From positions 156,418-188,417 of the forward strand of contig JBBISB010000001.1 in the NCBI GenBank assembly GCA_037441475.1: a stretch of DNA of 32,000 nucleotides. The letters are read 5' to 3'. Positions 10,201 through 16,659 of this stretch are shown piece by piece. The position numbers and the translations under genes are program-made. Numbering within the stretch: position 1 is the first letter of the stretch; each line of letters begins with the position of its first letter. This DNA comes from Candidatus Iainarchaeum sp. Its GTDB lineage: Archaea; Iainarchaeota; Iainarchaeia; Iainarchaeales; CSSED10-239. The notes below the pieces were generated by a model that was not told the DNA's origin, made no database searches, and saw nothing but the letters and a program-made list of their open reading frames with translations.

Positions 10201-12350
10201 GAGTCAATACCTTGCATTCCCGGGGCAGGCTCACTATTATAAGTTGTCCCATATTTAAAGTTAGTTATGTCCATTGCAGAGAAACCAGTAATACCGTAAC
10301 TCATTAGTTCTGAATCTGTTTGAGTATCATCACCAGCTCTGATATGCACTTCTCCTTTATATGTTTTTTCAGGGAAAAGAACATCAAAAACTAAATAGTA
10401 TTCTTTGTCTGTTGTTAAGTAGTTTGTTTTAATACCTTTAGAGTCAACCACACCTGCAAACTCAATTACAGGGTAATCAGAGTAGTTAACTTGTTTGTTT
10501 AAATCAAGTCTTAAGTAACCACCATTATCTGCTTGGTCTGCTGAAAAGTTAATAACAGATTTATTTCCATTCTCGTCTGTATATTCAGCAATTAAGTCCT
10601 TGTAACCTTCTGTGTTAAATATTATTTCTTCACCTAAAGAAATATTTCCATCAAAAAGAACAGTTCCATCTTTTGTTCTTATTAAAAGATTTCCTGAAGT
10701 TATTTTCATTCCGTTTTCATCATAAAAATCAAGTTTTATCATTTTTGAAGCATTATCAACAACAAAGATGATTTTATTTTCTCTTAAAGGATTTATTTTT
10801 ATATTTTCAAAAACTTCTGTTTCTCCAACCATGGCATAAACCCTGTAGTCCTTGTTTACTCTTAAAGGTAAAGCAAAAGAACCTGTTATGTCTGTTTGAA
10901 GAGAGGTGTTGTAAGGAACTTCTACTTCTGTTTCTGGATTGAAGTTTATAAGTTCATAGATTTTTAAAAAAGCTTTTGTTACTGGAAGATTTTTTTCATC
11001 AACAACAAAGATATTAAGTATTGCACTATTTGAAACATCTATTCTTTCTAAGATAAACTCAGCTTTTGTTGTTTGTCGTAAATCTACTGTTTGATTTTCA
11101 CAAAAATAATCTACTTTACATGCTGTTATTAAGATTGGTTTTTCAGAGGTTATTCCTTTAAAGCTTATTTGACCTAAAGCATCTGTTTTTCCAGAATCAA
11201 TAACTGTGTTATCTTTATTATATAATGTTATTAAAACATCCTCTAAAGAAAAGAAATTTGTTTTTGATTTAGTTGAAATATCAATAAAGTTTCCACCAAG
11301 CTCTAAGACAACAATAAATGTTTCTTCAGAGTTGATTATTCTTAAGGAAATGTTTTCATCACTTATAGCTGTTCTGTAACCTTCCTTTTTAACCCTGTAA
11401 GAGATTGTTTCTCCAGTGTCTATGTATGCTAAGGCCTTACCATCTATTGTTTTTTGATTTGCAACCTCTTCTCCACCTAAATTAAAGATTAAAACTTCTG
11501 CATTATCAATTACTTTTTGAGAAGTGTCTAAGACAACAAAGGTAACTATGCTTTTTCCTTCAAAGGAAAGTGAAGAGATATCCATCTCAATAACTTTCTC
11601 TTGTTCTTTTGAAGTTATTCTATAGTTTGTTTCTCTATAGTCTTCATAACCATCTGCCTTTATTAAAATTTCTAAATCTTTGTTTAAAGGTACTTCTAAG
11701 GTTATAAAATGATTTTGATATTGATTTACAATTCCTTCTTTACTTTCTTGTCTATTGTTAATAGAGAAGTTAACTTTTGCAGAGCCTGCAGGAATTGTTT
11801 TTCTATTTTCTCTATCTATTAGTTTAATTTTTAAAACTCCATACTCTATTGATTCTGTAAAAACAATTGAGATGTTTTGTTTCTTCTCTGTAATGGTTAT
11901 AACTTTTGTAAAGTCAGGGTGTCCTGCTTTTGTTGAATAAAAGGTATATGATTCTCCTAACTTAAGTTTTATTTTTTTAGAAAAACCATTTTCAATAGTT
12001 CCTTTAAAAACATCTTTATCTTTGCTTGATATTTTTAAGTAAACATCAGATAATGAGTTTCCTTGATAATCAGTAACTGAAAAAGTCAAGGTTGATTGGT
12101 TTGAGAAAGAAAAGAAAATTAAAAAGATTATTATGAAAAGTAATAATAGTAAAATAGATGCAACAATTGCAAAGGCAGGTAAACCTTTTTCTTCTAAGTA
12201 ATTATTAAAATCGTTTAGAGGGATTCCTTTTTCTGAAAGCCAGTTTGAGGTGCTTGCATATTTATCTTCAAGATAATTATAGACCCTTGAGAAAATATTT
12301 TGTGAACTGCTTTCTTCTGATGACGCCATATTTTTCTTTTCTTTAACCAT
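4260..12350 (-). CDS. Giant surface protein (2696 aa). Order: N-terminal cytoplasmic motif, TM anchor, six beta-sandwich repeats, CARDB/ASH-like modules, N/Y/S-rich linker, Cys-rich region, hydrophobic Gly/Cys-rich segment, coiled coil.
   Basis: An uninterrupted 8.1-kb ORF. TM helix at residues ~61-82 (AIVASILLLLLFIIIFLIFFSF). Six ~85-aa repeats have a carboxypeptidase-regulatory-like pattern. At least four modules carry an (F/I).(I/L).N.G signature (FTLQNNG, FMIKNIG, ITLTNYC, FIIKNNC), typical of CARDB/ASH/PapD-like beta-sandwiches. The C-terminal features are described in the findings. Antisense ORFs inside it are shadows. Confidence 0.9.
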   Translation of the reverse strand: MVKEKKNMASSEESSSQNIFSRVYNYLEDKYASTSNWLSEKGIPLNDFNNYLEEKGLPAFAIVASILLLLLFIIIFLIFFSFSNQSTLTFSVTDYQGNSLSDVYLKISSKDKDVFKGTIENGFSKKIKLKLGESYTFYSTKAGHPDFTKVITITEKKQNISIVFTESIEYGVLKIKLIDRENRKTIPAGSAKVNFSINNRQESKEGIVNQYQNHFITLEVPLNKDLEILIKADGYEDYRETNYRITSKEQEKVIEMDISSLSFEGKSIVTFVVLDTSQKVIDNAEVLIFNLGGEEVANQKTIDGKALAYIDTGETISYRVKKEGYRTAISDENISLRIINSEETFIVVLELGGNFIDISTKSKTNFFSLEDVLITLYNKDNTVIDSGKTDALGQISFKGITSEKPILITACKVDYFCENQTVDLRQTTKAEFILERIDVSNSAILNIFVVDEKNLPVTKAFLKIYELINFNPETEVEVPYNTSLQTDITGSFALPLRVNKDYRVYAMVGETEVFENIKINPLRENKIIFVVDNASKMIKLDFYDENGMKITSGNLLIRTKDGTVLFDGNISLGEEIIFNTEGYKDLIAEYTDENGNKSVINFSADQADNGGYLRLDLNKQVNYSDYPVIEFAGVVDSKGIKTNYLTTDKEYYLVFDVLFPEKTYKGEVHIRAGDDTQTDSELMSYGITGFSAMDITNFKYGTTYNSEPAPGMQGIDSLNEGSSQIINKWLELKWASDVPLGNKQIKVKVNAVDMSVTKLIFKYRALIEENKLYYRDPIDTTLKQNYSNNLKGALYAQTKEVSIDLFNVPLNCSGDVCVSYKIIDSKDNEFNIEDFYAIKGENYSLETSIYSLKNSQLNLLAETSKSFPLISFNLFTDTLNNQSTTYDSSNFEAVRDNLSINQNSLKKIYLTFISKEIGTAYIDLKGTDAILGSQVFNDRLSFNVFDKKEMKVIFTPDIFVSYGSKFNIEVIDSVSLKPIENAFISFYDDRGAFISSVKGEGSNGRNGNYTIENKFNVSSVNVLVESYGYVPYKKQIFIVDDSLLTLTPPEVLINLGLDQITSSSRFTLQNNGVYQATNIRFGEPVWVDGSDKIFIDIRGNPFINKNSSQNYEVVITVSKDILFETAFANVPIYATIGPREITKIVPIRINKGLLVSDCIEITPNAVNSFVGLNLKYTAPNVYNTPFTNYNYAGNTQRSNLLLAPSQTYSNYSDYLASQNYTQNYSSSRNTVNYTDPNYYTYYSSKVDSTTESTENTTFFIIKNNCSQAITFTPQSVLTSSASNNGLELSLAHVTVLPGEEKVYDVIIKNKSNLKQQRKFTYNILWHNSLYSVSPSTLNVDLLDLSKALWIMPTLIQVPISQLHPQQSAVNATRFMIKNIGTVPITDIQISQYPKMVSSNIGIKEYPREVSVLEPGASIPIDLQFTVNINKSTADNAFILVTGKAAGINNPITATTQIIFTISSPNCLKVSNKNLDYTLKVGEKRARNITLTNYCAEPVSVVGIDKKQDGYTETFGANPFRIIPTSGNNLIYPNQSATYSLELTASSLGGSPKMPMVIIGRLLNSGNPVTSEDFTVSINIKDVFEDQAKDNIVTINSSLPVCEDLKETTTLSRPLISIGACSEESGYCDAVSSTEYILKKVSELQNQIKQMSSQAQAKTMNTGCPLVDAARGYCKISELGGDVEPIEFTFYMQNDVVSTELVRAILSKSNYGFKNYFVETNPFNSAGNTSLGVYAGGNKVFVSNQLSGCGKYTIELDGFIAASPDYIYPERAYYFINVLKYEKTSHCDKKIMNYLNFLPWDLTLDKNNRQGTWLTLFTGDENISKDLIKGVGKFKTDQVDLRYVYNRDVLSTRNSTLNVSSGVISENKNALAKISFNDKQVYEKANPEQINVLLNSQYQTADGLTPDKVRREFVNVISSMITKNDYSAKVCVSKDQTYMLILDLVKAGDLAFTEKEVSLTLQETSSCTLMKIKSSMDETLKISSTQVPGGTIGFKKNKDDGVQEPLSLSVLQNQDNNFFMCVTPLTPSEMNTLVGQKATVTATSIYSSDGTIGNRSAIAEVTLASCAITPSEYLLEVYNNILLENNKKDEDKNLPLNITALVDWKKEYNAAEKEEMCSTLQKVMDSGKYNGDFFYNYEQLGCDLKDPEQKTTSKINKGLNNAGQYFLRCSATCAGCYGLSAVLMPVSIAGIGIDCLGFSCGLPALQIFASALTGGEGGLGWLIDKFLGWLFNEPELKFLGPLFGEVEEWFTGIVGSVMAGSFKAGSSAAATPLNLGEATISLGDDPFVSQTVTTTTPGTTPNLVRPRAPSEKAINFLDDYIKVISNNYLSSPQMVTVNNVQSAGIYFNQVPTSFTNTTGIADNVIEALMNNPDVISGSGANAKINYSKITSAQLDDLLQVVSRSQFPHSGVYPSGHLSQVDAVNSLTKNNGYLSKLQGYDRSVAAGAGPGTTTTSTVNVIDDASLNNLLDTIGDSKKGLIKEADDSIKVLERKITDLEKNNARSSFNPKKVKSDPNKITAVDRASRKASSDLASLKTKLADAKAQKASLEAMSIKISSLAPDGAGNYLVPDEVIDDFTKISGSKVPTASSKLKWVRGAGGFLRGLGCGIAGNIVGINGLRDKGMTGLNSSIEIKTPIVFEKNIFYITEVDYLAPESSQEYKSRYIVDVRPYNSQAPSIIALTDVLRVDKCIDPVKAN

Positions 12351-12568
12351 ATTTATTCTTTTTATATTTTTTTTATAAATATCAGATATATGATATTATA
12401 TATAATATATTGGTAAGATATATAAAGATTTGTATCTTTAGGTAAATATATTATTTATAGAAATGTTTATATATTAATTTTTTCCCTATAAACAATTTAT
12501 ATGTTTTCTTTTAAAGAAGAAATTTTTAAAAAATATTTTAAAAAATAATTAAAAAAAGAAGAAAACAA

Positions 12569-12904
12569 TTATTTAGAGTTTGAAACTCTAATAATTGCAA
12601 CTATTGAAACAATTAATGCTGCTGGTGCTACAAAGTAAACAAGGTTTACTAAGATCCCTCTTAAGACATCTCCCACAACAGGAATTGCATTAATTGAGTT
12701 ACTGGTTGCTATAAATGTTATTGAGGCTATTAAGAAAAGAGAGATATTTCTATCTTCAATGTTTAAAAGACCAATAACAAGACCTAATACTATTAAAACA
12801 GTTGAAAGCCATACAGGGTGACTTATACCATAGATAAGTCCAAAAATAATTGAAAGTAAGATACCACCAAGGAAAGCAAAAGCTCCTATTTTTTCAAGTT
12901 TCAT
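12569..12904 (-). CDS. Small integral membrane protein (111 aa, about 4 TM helices), function unknown
   Basis: The ORF is almost entirely hydrophobic helices (GAFAFLGGILLSIIFGLIYGI, WLSTVLIVLGLVIGLL, LFLIASITFIATS, LVYFVAPAALIVSIVAII). Confidence 0.65.
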   Translation of the reverse strand: MKLEKIGAFAFLGGILLSIIFGLIYGISHPVWLSTVLIVLGLVIGLLNIEDRNISLFLIASITFIATSNSINAIPVVGDVLRGILVNLVYFVAPAALIVSIVAIIRVSNSK

Positions 12905-13053
12905 ATTTTATCTTTAACTCCATTTTTTGTAATTAAGTTATTTTCTTCTAATATCATAATTACATGTTACCTATATTATTTTTAATACAAAATATTTAAA
13001 AAGCCTGCATAAAAATGAAAATAAGGACTTTTAGGTAGAAAATATTAAATAAG

Positions 13054-13131
13054 GGCAGAAAAGAAGAAGGGAGATTATTTATTAAAATCAACCTTTTCTT
13101 TTTTAAAATAAGTAGGCAGAAAAGAAGAAGG
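13054..13131. repeat. Two copies of a purine-rich 17-bp direct repeat GGCAGAAAAGAAGAAGG (13054..13070 and 13115..13131), within longer ~32-bp imperfect units
   Basis: Read directly. The extended units are AAATAAG-G-GCAGAAAAGAAGAAGG-GAGATTA and AAATAAGTAGGCAGAAAAGAAGAAGGTTAGAGATTA, with starts 61 bp apart. They lie in the 428-bp gap between the wHTH regulator gene and the small membrane protein gene. Confidence 0.5.
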
Positions 13132-13332
13132 TTAGAGATTAAACATACTCTTTTACCTAACATTCTTTTTTATTAGTTTAGATTTGTTTTAAACAGACTT
13201 TTTTTGTTAAAAGGAAAAAATTACTTTTTAAAAATAAAAACAAAGAAGAAAGGTATAAAAGATGTAAAAAGGGGTTATTTACATTTTTTTAAAAAAGGGG
13301 ATTTTTATTTAAAATGATTTTTTATAAAAAAA

Positions 13333-13794
13333 TCATCTAACAATAAAGTATACCTTTCTTCCTGCTTGAATCTTTTTTAAGTATCCTTCTTTTACAAGTC
13401 TATTTAATCTTTGAGAAGCTGCATTTGATCCCTTGTAATTAAACTCAGTCTGTACTTCTTCTGCATCAACCTTTTGCTTTGTTCTTATAAAAGAAATTAT
13501 CTTATCATCAATCTCTGCTAAAATATTAATTGTATCTAAATTACTAGTATCTTCTGACTCTTTCTTTTGCTTAAATGCAAACTGAAGAGAATCATACTTT
13601 TCATAAAGATCTTTTAATATTGAGTTTGTCTTTTTTCTTTCTTCTAAAAGCTGATGTAGAATGACTGAGAGGATTAATGGATCATTAAACTTCTCCTGGA
13701 TCTGAATAAGATCACTCAAACCCATTTCTTGAGAATCTTCTTTTAGTAACTGTTCTAAAAACAATTGCTTTGTGAGATTGTCATTTTTAGTCAT
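13333..13794 (-). CDS. Winged-helix DNA-binding protein (putative transcriptional regulator, 153 aa)
   Basis: The C-terminal ~55 aa (DKIISFIRTKQKVDAEEVQTEFNYKGSNAASQRLNRLVKEGYLKKIQAGRKVYFIVR) fit the MarR/TrmB-like wHTH pattern, meaning helix-turn-helix followed by a beta wing. The N-terminal half is helical and acidic. Confidence 0.6.
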   Translation of the reverse strand: MTKNDNLTKQLFLEQLLKEDSQEMGLSDLIQIQEKFNDPLILSVILHQLLEERKKTNSILKDLYEKYDSLQFAFKQKKESEDTSNLDTINILAEIDDKIISFIRTKQKVDAEEVQTEFNYKGSNAASQRLNRLVKEGYLKKIQAGRKVYFIVR

Positions 13795-14148
13795 AATATA
13801 TCATGATAATGTCACGAAAGTATTAAAAGAACTTCGGTTTCTAAAACCTATAAGAAATAGTTTTTTTGGTTTGAAAATCAAACTTCTTTATGTAGTTTAA
13901 CTTTTAAGCCTTAGTAAATAACATATTTTTCTTTAAAAGTAATGTTTTTCTTTAAAAGAAAATATAATGCTCTTAAACAAATATATCTTTCTTTAGGATA
14001 AAACAATTATCTTTCTTTAAAAAGATAATATATTATTTATGATATAATATAGACCTTAGTATTTAAAAAGCTTTTTAGTTAAGAAAACAAAATAAAAAAA
14101 AGAAAAAGAAGAAAATCTTCTAAAAAAGAAGATTTATAATTTACTTAC

Positions 14149-15366
14149 CTATGTAGCACAATTAGGTGATGGAGGTGATGATACTGTAAATGTTTTTGAA
14201 CTTGTGCCTGTTAATTCACCGAAAGGACTATTTTGTGGATATCTAATTGTTACAATCCATGTATTTTGTCCTGTATTTAACATTGCAACTGAAACAATAG
14301 TTTCTATAATATTTCCATTTCCACTAAAAGAACCTTGATCTATTGTAGTACCATTTAAATTTATAGTATAGTTACAAGAACCAATACAATTATTACCAGT
14401 AACTCTAAGTATATAAGAACATTCTTCTAAAGTTTCAGTCATATTAGCTCCAACTTGAGGTTGACAACCAGTTGTAGGTACTTGATTAAAACCTAATCTT
14501 ATTTTTTCTGCTGATAATCCTGTTGCAGATTGAGATAACTTATATTTTACATCATAAGATAATTTATATAAATTATTTGAAGCAGCATTAAAAGTAAATG
14601 TTCTATTTCCTGAAATATTATTTACAGTTTGAGCATTAGAATCACTACCCCCACTTCTAAAGATTGACCATTCTTCAAGACATGGTGAGCCTGAACAAGA
14701 AGTTCCTGTTACAGTATGGGTTACGCTTTGTATACATTGGTTAAAAGGAGATGCAAAATTTATTGTAGATCTTCGAGATTCAATATATCCACTAATCCCC
14801 ATAGTTGAACTACAATCCATGGAATTTGACCATTCAAGTCTATTATTTCTATAAATAATTGTAGCTCCATTTGCAGGACATTTATCTAAAGGATGAACTT
14901 CAAGTCTTGCATGATCAACTGATTTAACTGCAATTTTTTCTTTAGTAACTGCACCATCTGCTATCTTTGAATTTATTACTGCTGAATTTGCTATTTTAAA
15001 AGCTGTAACTGAATAATCTTTAATATTTTCTGTTAAAACACCATCTATTTGAATCTTTCTAGTATCAACAGATGCATCTGCAAGCTTTGAATTTGTTACT
15101 GCGTTGTCTGCAAGCTTTGAATAAGTTACAGCATTGTTTGCAATCTTACTTGAAGAAACTGCTAAAGCTCTTATTGAACTTTCATATACTGAATTTGGAT
15201 TTGCAATATTTGAATAATCAGAAACAATTACCCCGTAATACGGATTTGGTAATTTAATTGTTACTTCAAATATTTTATCTTGCCATAAATTATTATTTGG
15301 TGTTGCTGCAAAAATAAAGCCTGAAAATAATAATATTGATAATATTATAAATATAAATTTTTTCAT
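14149..15366 (-). CDS. Secreted protein (405 aa) with eight tandem decapeptide K-I-A-D-x-A-V-T-x-x repeats and a Cys-rich beta-rich C-terminal region
   Basis: Sec-type signal peptide MKKFIFIILSILLFSGFIFA/ATP. Residues ~73-153 read SKIANNAVTY SKLADNAVTN SKLADASVDT RKIQIDGVLTEN IKDYSVTAF KIANSAVINS KIADGAVTKE KIAVKSVDHA. The 30-bp periodicity is visible in the DNA. The C-terminal half has many Cys and ends SPPSPNCAT. Confidence 0.8.
   Translation of the reverse strand: MKKFIFIILSILLFSGFIFAATPNNNLWQDKIFEVTIKLPNPYYGVIVSDYSNIANPNSVYESSIRALAVSSSKIANNAVTYSKLADNAVTNSKLADASVDTRKIQIDGVLTENIKDYSVTAFKIANSAVINSKIADGAVTKEKIAVKSVDHARLEVHPLDKCPANGATIIYRNNRLEWSNSMDCSSTMGISGYIESRRSTINFASPFNQCIQSVTHTVTGTSCSGSPCLEEWSIFRSGGSDSNAQTVNNISGNRTFTFNAASNNLYKLSYDVKYKLSQSATGLSAEKIRLGFNQVPTTGCQPQVGANMTETLEECSYILRVTGNNCIGSCNYTINLNGTTIDQGSFSGNGNIIETIVSVAMLNTGQNTWIVTIRYPQNSPFGELTGTSSKTFTVSSPPSPNCAT
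14908..15150 (-). repeat. About eight tandem 30-bp (10-codon) repeats inside the 405-aa secreted protein gene
   Basis: The plus strand shows repeated ...tctgcaagctttgaat(t/a)(t/a)gttac(t/a)gc(g/a)ttgt... units. These translate to K(I/L)A(D/N)xAVTxx. Confidence 0.6.
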
Positions 15367-15380
15367 ATCCTAAAACCCCC

Positions 15381-15803
15381 TTAATTACTTGCTCCACCTA
15401 TTGATGTTACTACAGGACCTTCATTTATTATTACAACATTATTTGCTGCAGCACAATAAGATGAAGATGGATATTGTTTCAAAATTAATCTTAAATCAAA
15501 ATTCTTAGAAGTATGCCCTACAATACTTGATGGAATTGGACCTATGAAAATACCATTTGTAAGTTGTGTTTGCATTCCTTCATAATTATAACAACCTGAT
15601 TTTCCAACAGCATAATTTTGTACAGCAGCTACTAAAAAATAAGAATTATTGCCTGGATTTGTAAGATTTAAATCTCCTGTAACCTTATAGATTGTTGGAA
15701 GACTTCTTGTTGTTACATTAGCAGAAACATTAAAACTAATTAAAATAACTAAAGCCAATGTTAAAAATATAAAACTTAATTTATTAAATTTCAATTTAAT
15801 CAC
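15381..15803 (-). CDS. Small secreted protein (about 140 aa), likely co-transcribed with the repeat protein
   Basis: Signal peptide-like N-terminus (KLSFIFLTLALVILISFNVSA/NVT). The stop lies 14 nt upstream of the next ATG (15366). The start is ambiguous: either GTG at 15803, or TTG three codons later preceded by GGGTGAT. Confidence 0.6.
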   Translation of the reverse strand: MIKLKFNKLSFIFLTLALVILISFNVSANVTTRSLPTIYKVTGDLNLTNPGNNSYFLVAAVQNYAVGKSGCYNYEGMQTQLTNGIFIGPIPSSIVGHTSKNFDLRLILKQYPSSSYCAAANNVVIINEGPVVTSIGGASN

Positions 15804-15874
15804 CCTTTTTTTTAAAAAAATAATAATAAAATATATTAAATATAATGAGAGAATATCTTTATAAACCTTAACTT

Positions 15875-16656
15875 TTATCTGTTTTTATTATATTTATCCA
15901 CAAAAGAAGAATAACTTTCAGGAGGTAAAACAAAAATAGGGTCTGAAAAGTATAATTTATATGGTTTTTTAGAAGTATCAATAAATACGTTATTTGGTTC
16001 AATATCCCACATATTATGCCCTTTATCTTTCATTTTATGTAAAACCTCTTCTAATTTACCTTTTAATATCCTAAATTCTTTATCACTAATCATTTTATTT
16101 GCATGCGCAACATCGCAAGTAATTAAGTTTGTAAAATCAAGTAAAAGAAAGGTTTTTTCAGATTTTCCAAAAACATGACTTGCAAAATGAGGTTTAATAA
16201 TATTTATACCATTACTTTCTAGAAGTTTAAGAGCTAAAAACTCATTTACTCCCCCCCGATTATTTTTAATAAATGCACTAGAGGATACTTCTTTTAGAAA
16301 ATATCTTTTAACTATCTCTTTACCATTAAATATTTTAATATCAAAACCATTTGAAAGAGTATTTCCTCTTTTCTTTCCAATAATATCTTTAGAAGTTACA
16401 AAAGAGGTTATTCTTTTTATAAAATAATTTTCTCTTGAAATTTTATTTATACCTTCTTGAGAAACAATTTTAAAAACGTCTTGTTGTAAACCTCTATTTT
16501 TTTTATAAGTTCTAAAAAAACATTATCATATACTATGAAGCTTGGAGAGTTAGTTTTTCTATTAATAGATTTAATATTATGTTCTTTTTTAAAACTTACA
16601 GATAAATCAAAAACAGATTTATTTGTTTTTTGAGAAGGATTTTTTTTAAAAACCAT
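15875..16656 (-). pseudogene. Protein kinase-like (PKL) fold gene split by a -1 frame change at a T7 run. It may be a frameshifted pseudogene, a homopolymer sequencing error, or programmed -1 frameshifting.
   Basis: The track gives two pieces (16447..16656 and 15875..16093). My translation shows that the frame of the 72-aa piece is open with no ATG/GTG/TTG all the way up to 16522: FRTYKKNRGLQQDVFKIVSQEGINKISRENYFIKRITSFVTSKDIIGKKRGNTLSNGFDIKIFNGKEIVKRYF...NEFLALKLLESNGINIIKPH...GHNMWDIEPNNVFID...KLYFSDP. This includes a Gly-rich loop plus a V-K lysine, and an H..D....N catalytic-loop-like motif. The upstream 69-aa ORF overlaps this frame by 25 codons, and switching from one to the other needs a -1 shift; the T run (plus-strand A7, 16514..16520) at the start of the overlap is the candidate site. 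Confidence 0.55.
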
Positions 16657-16659
16657 ATT

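Noticed and set aside
12351-12568. Numerous TATA-like elements and short palindromes in the AT-rich intergenic regions (2122..2325, 4003..4259, 12351..12568, 13795..14148, 20735..20919)
   Set aside because: At this AT content TATA-like strings occur everywhere. Without TSS data I could not single out specific promoters beyond the two low-confidence calls listed in the features.
16251-16257. C7 (coding-strand G7) homopolymer inside the kinase-like gene, considered as a second frameshift site
   Set aside because: The reading frame is continuous through it (AAT CGG GGG GGA GTA), so there is no evidence of disruption. I noted it only as another error-prone run.
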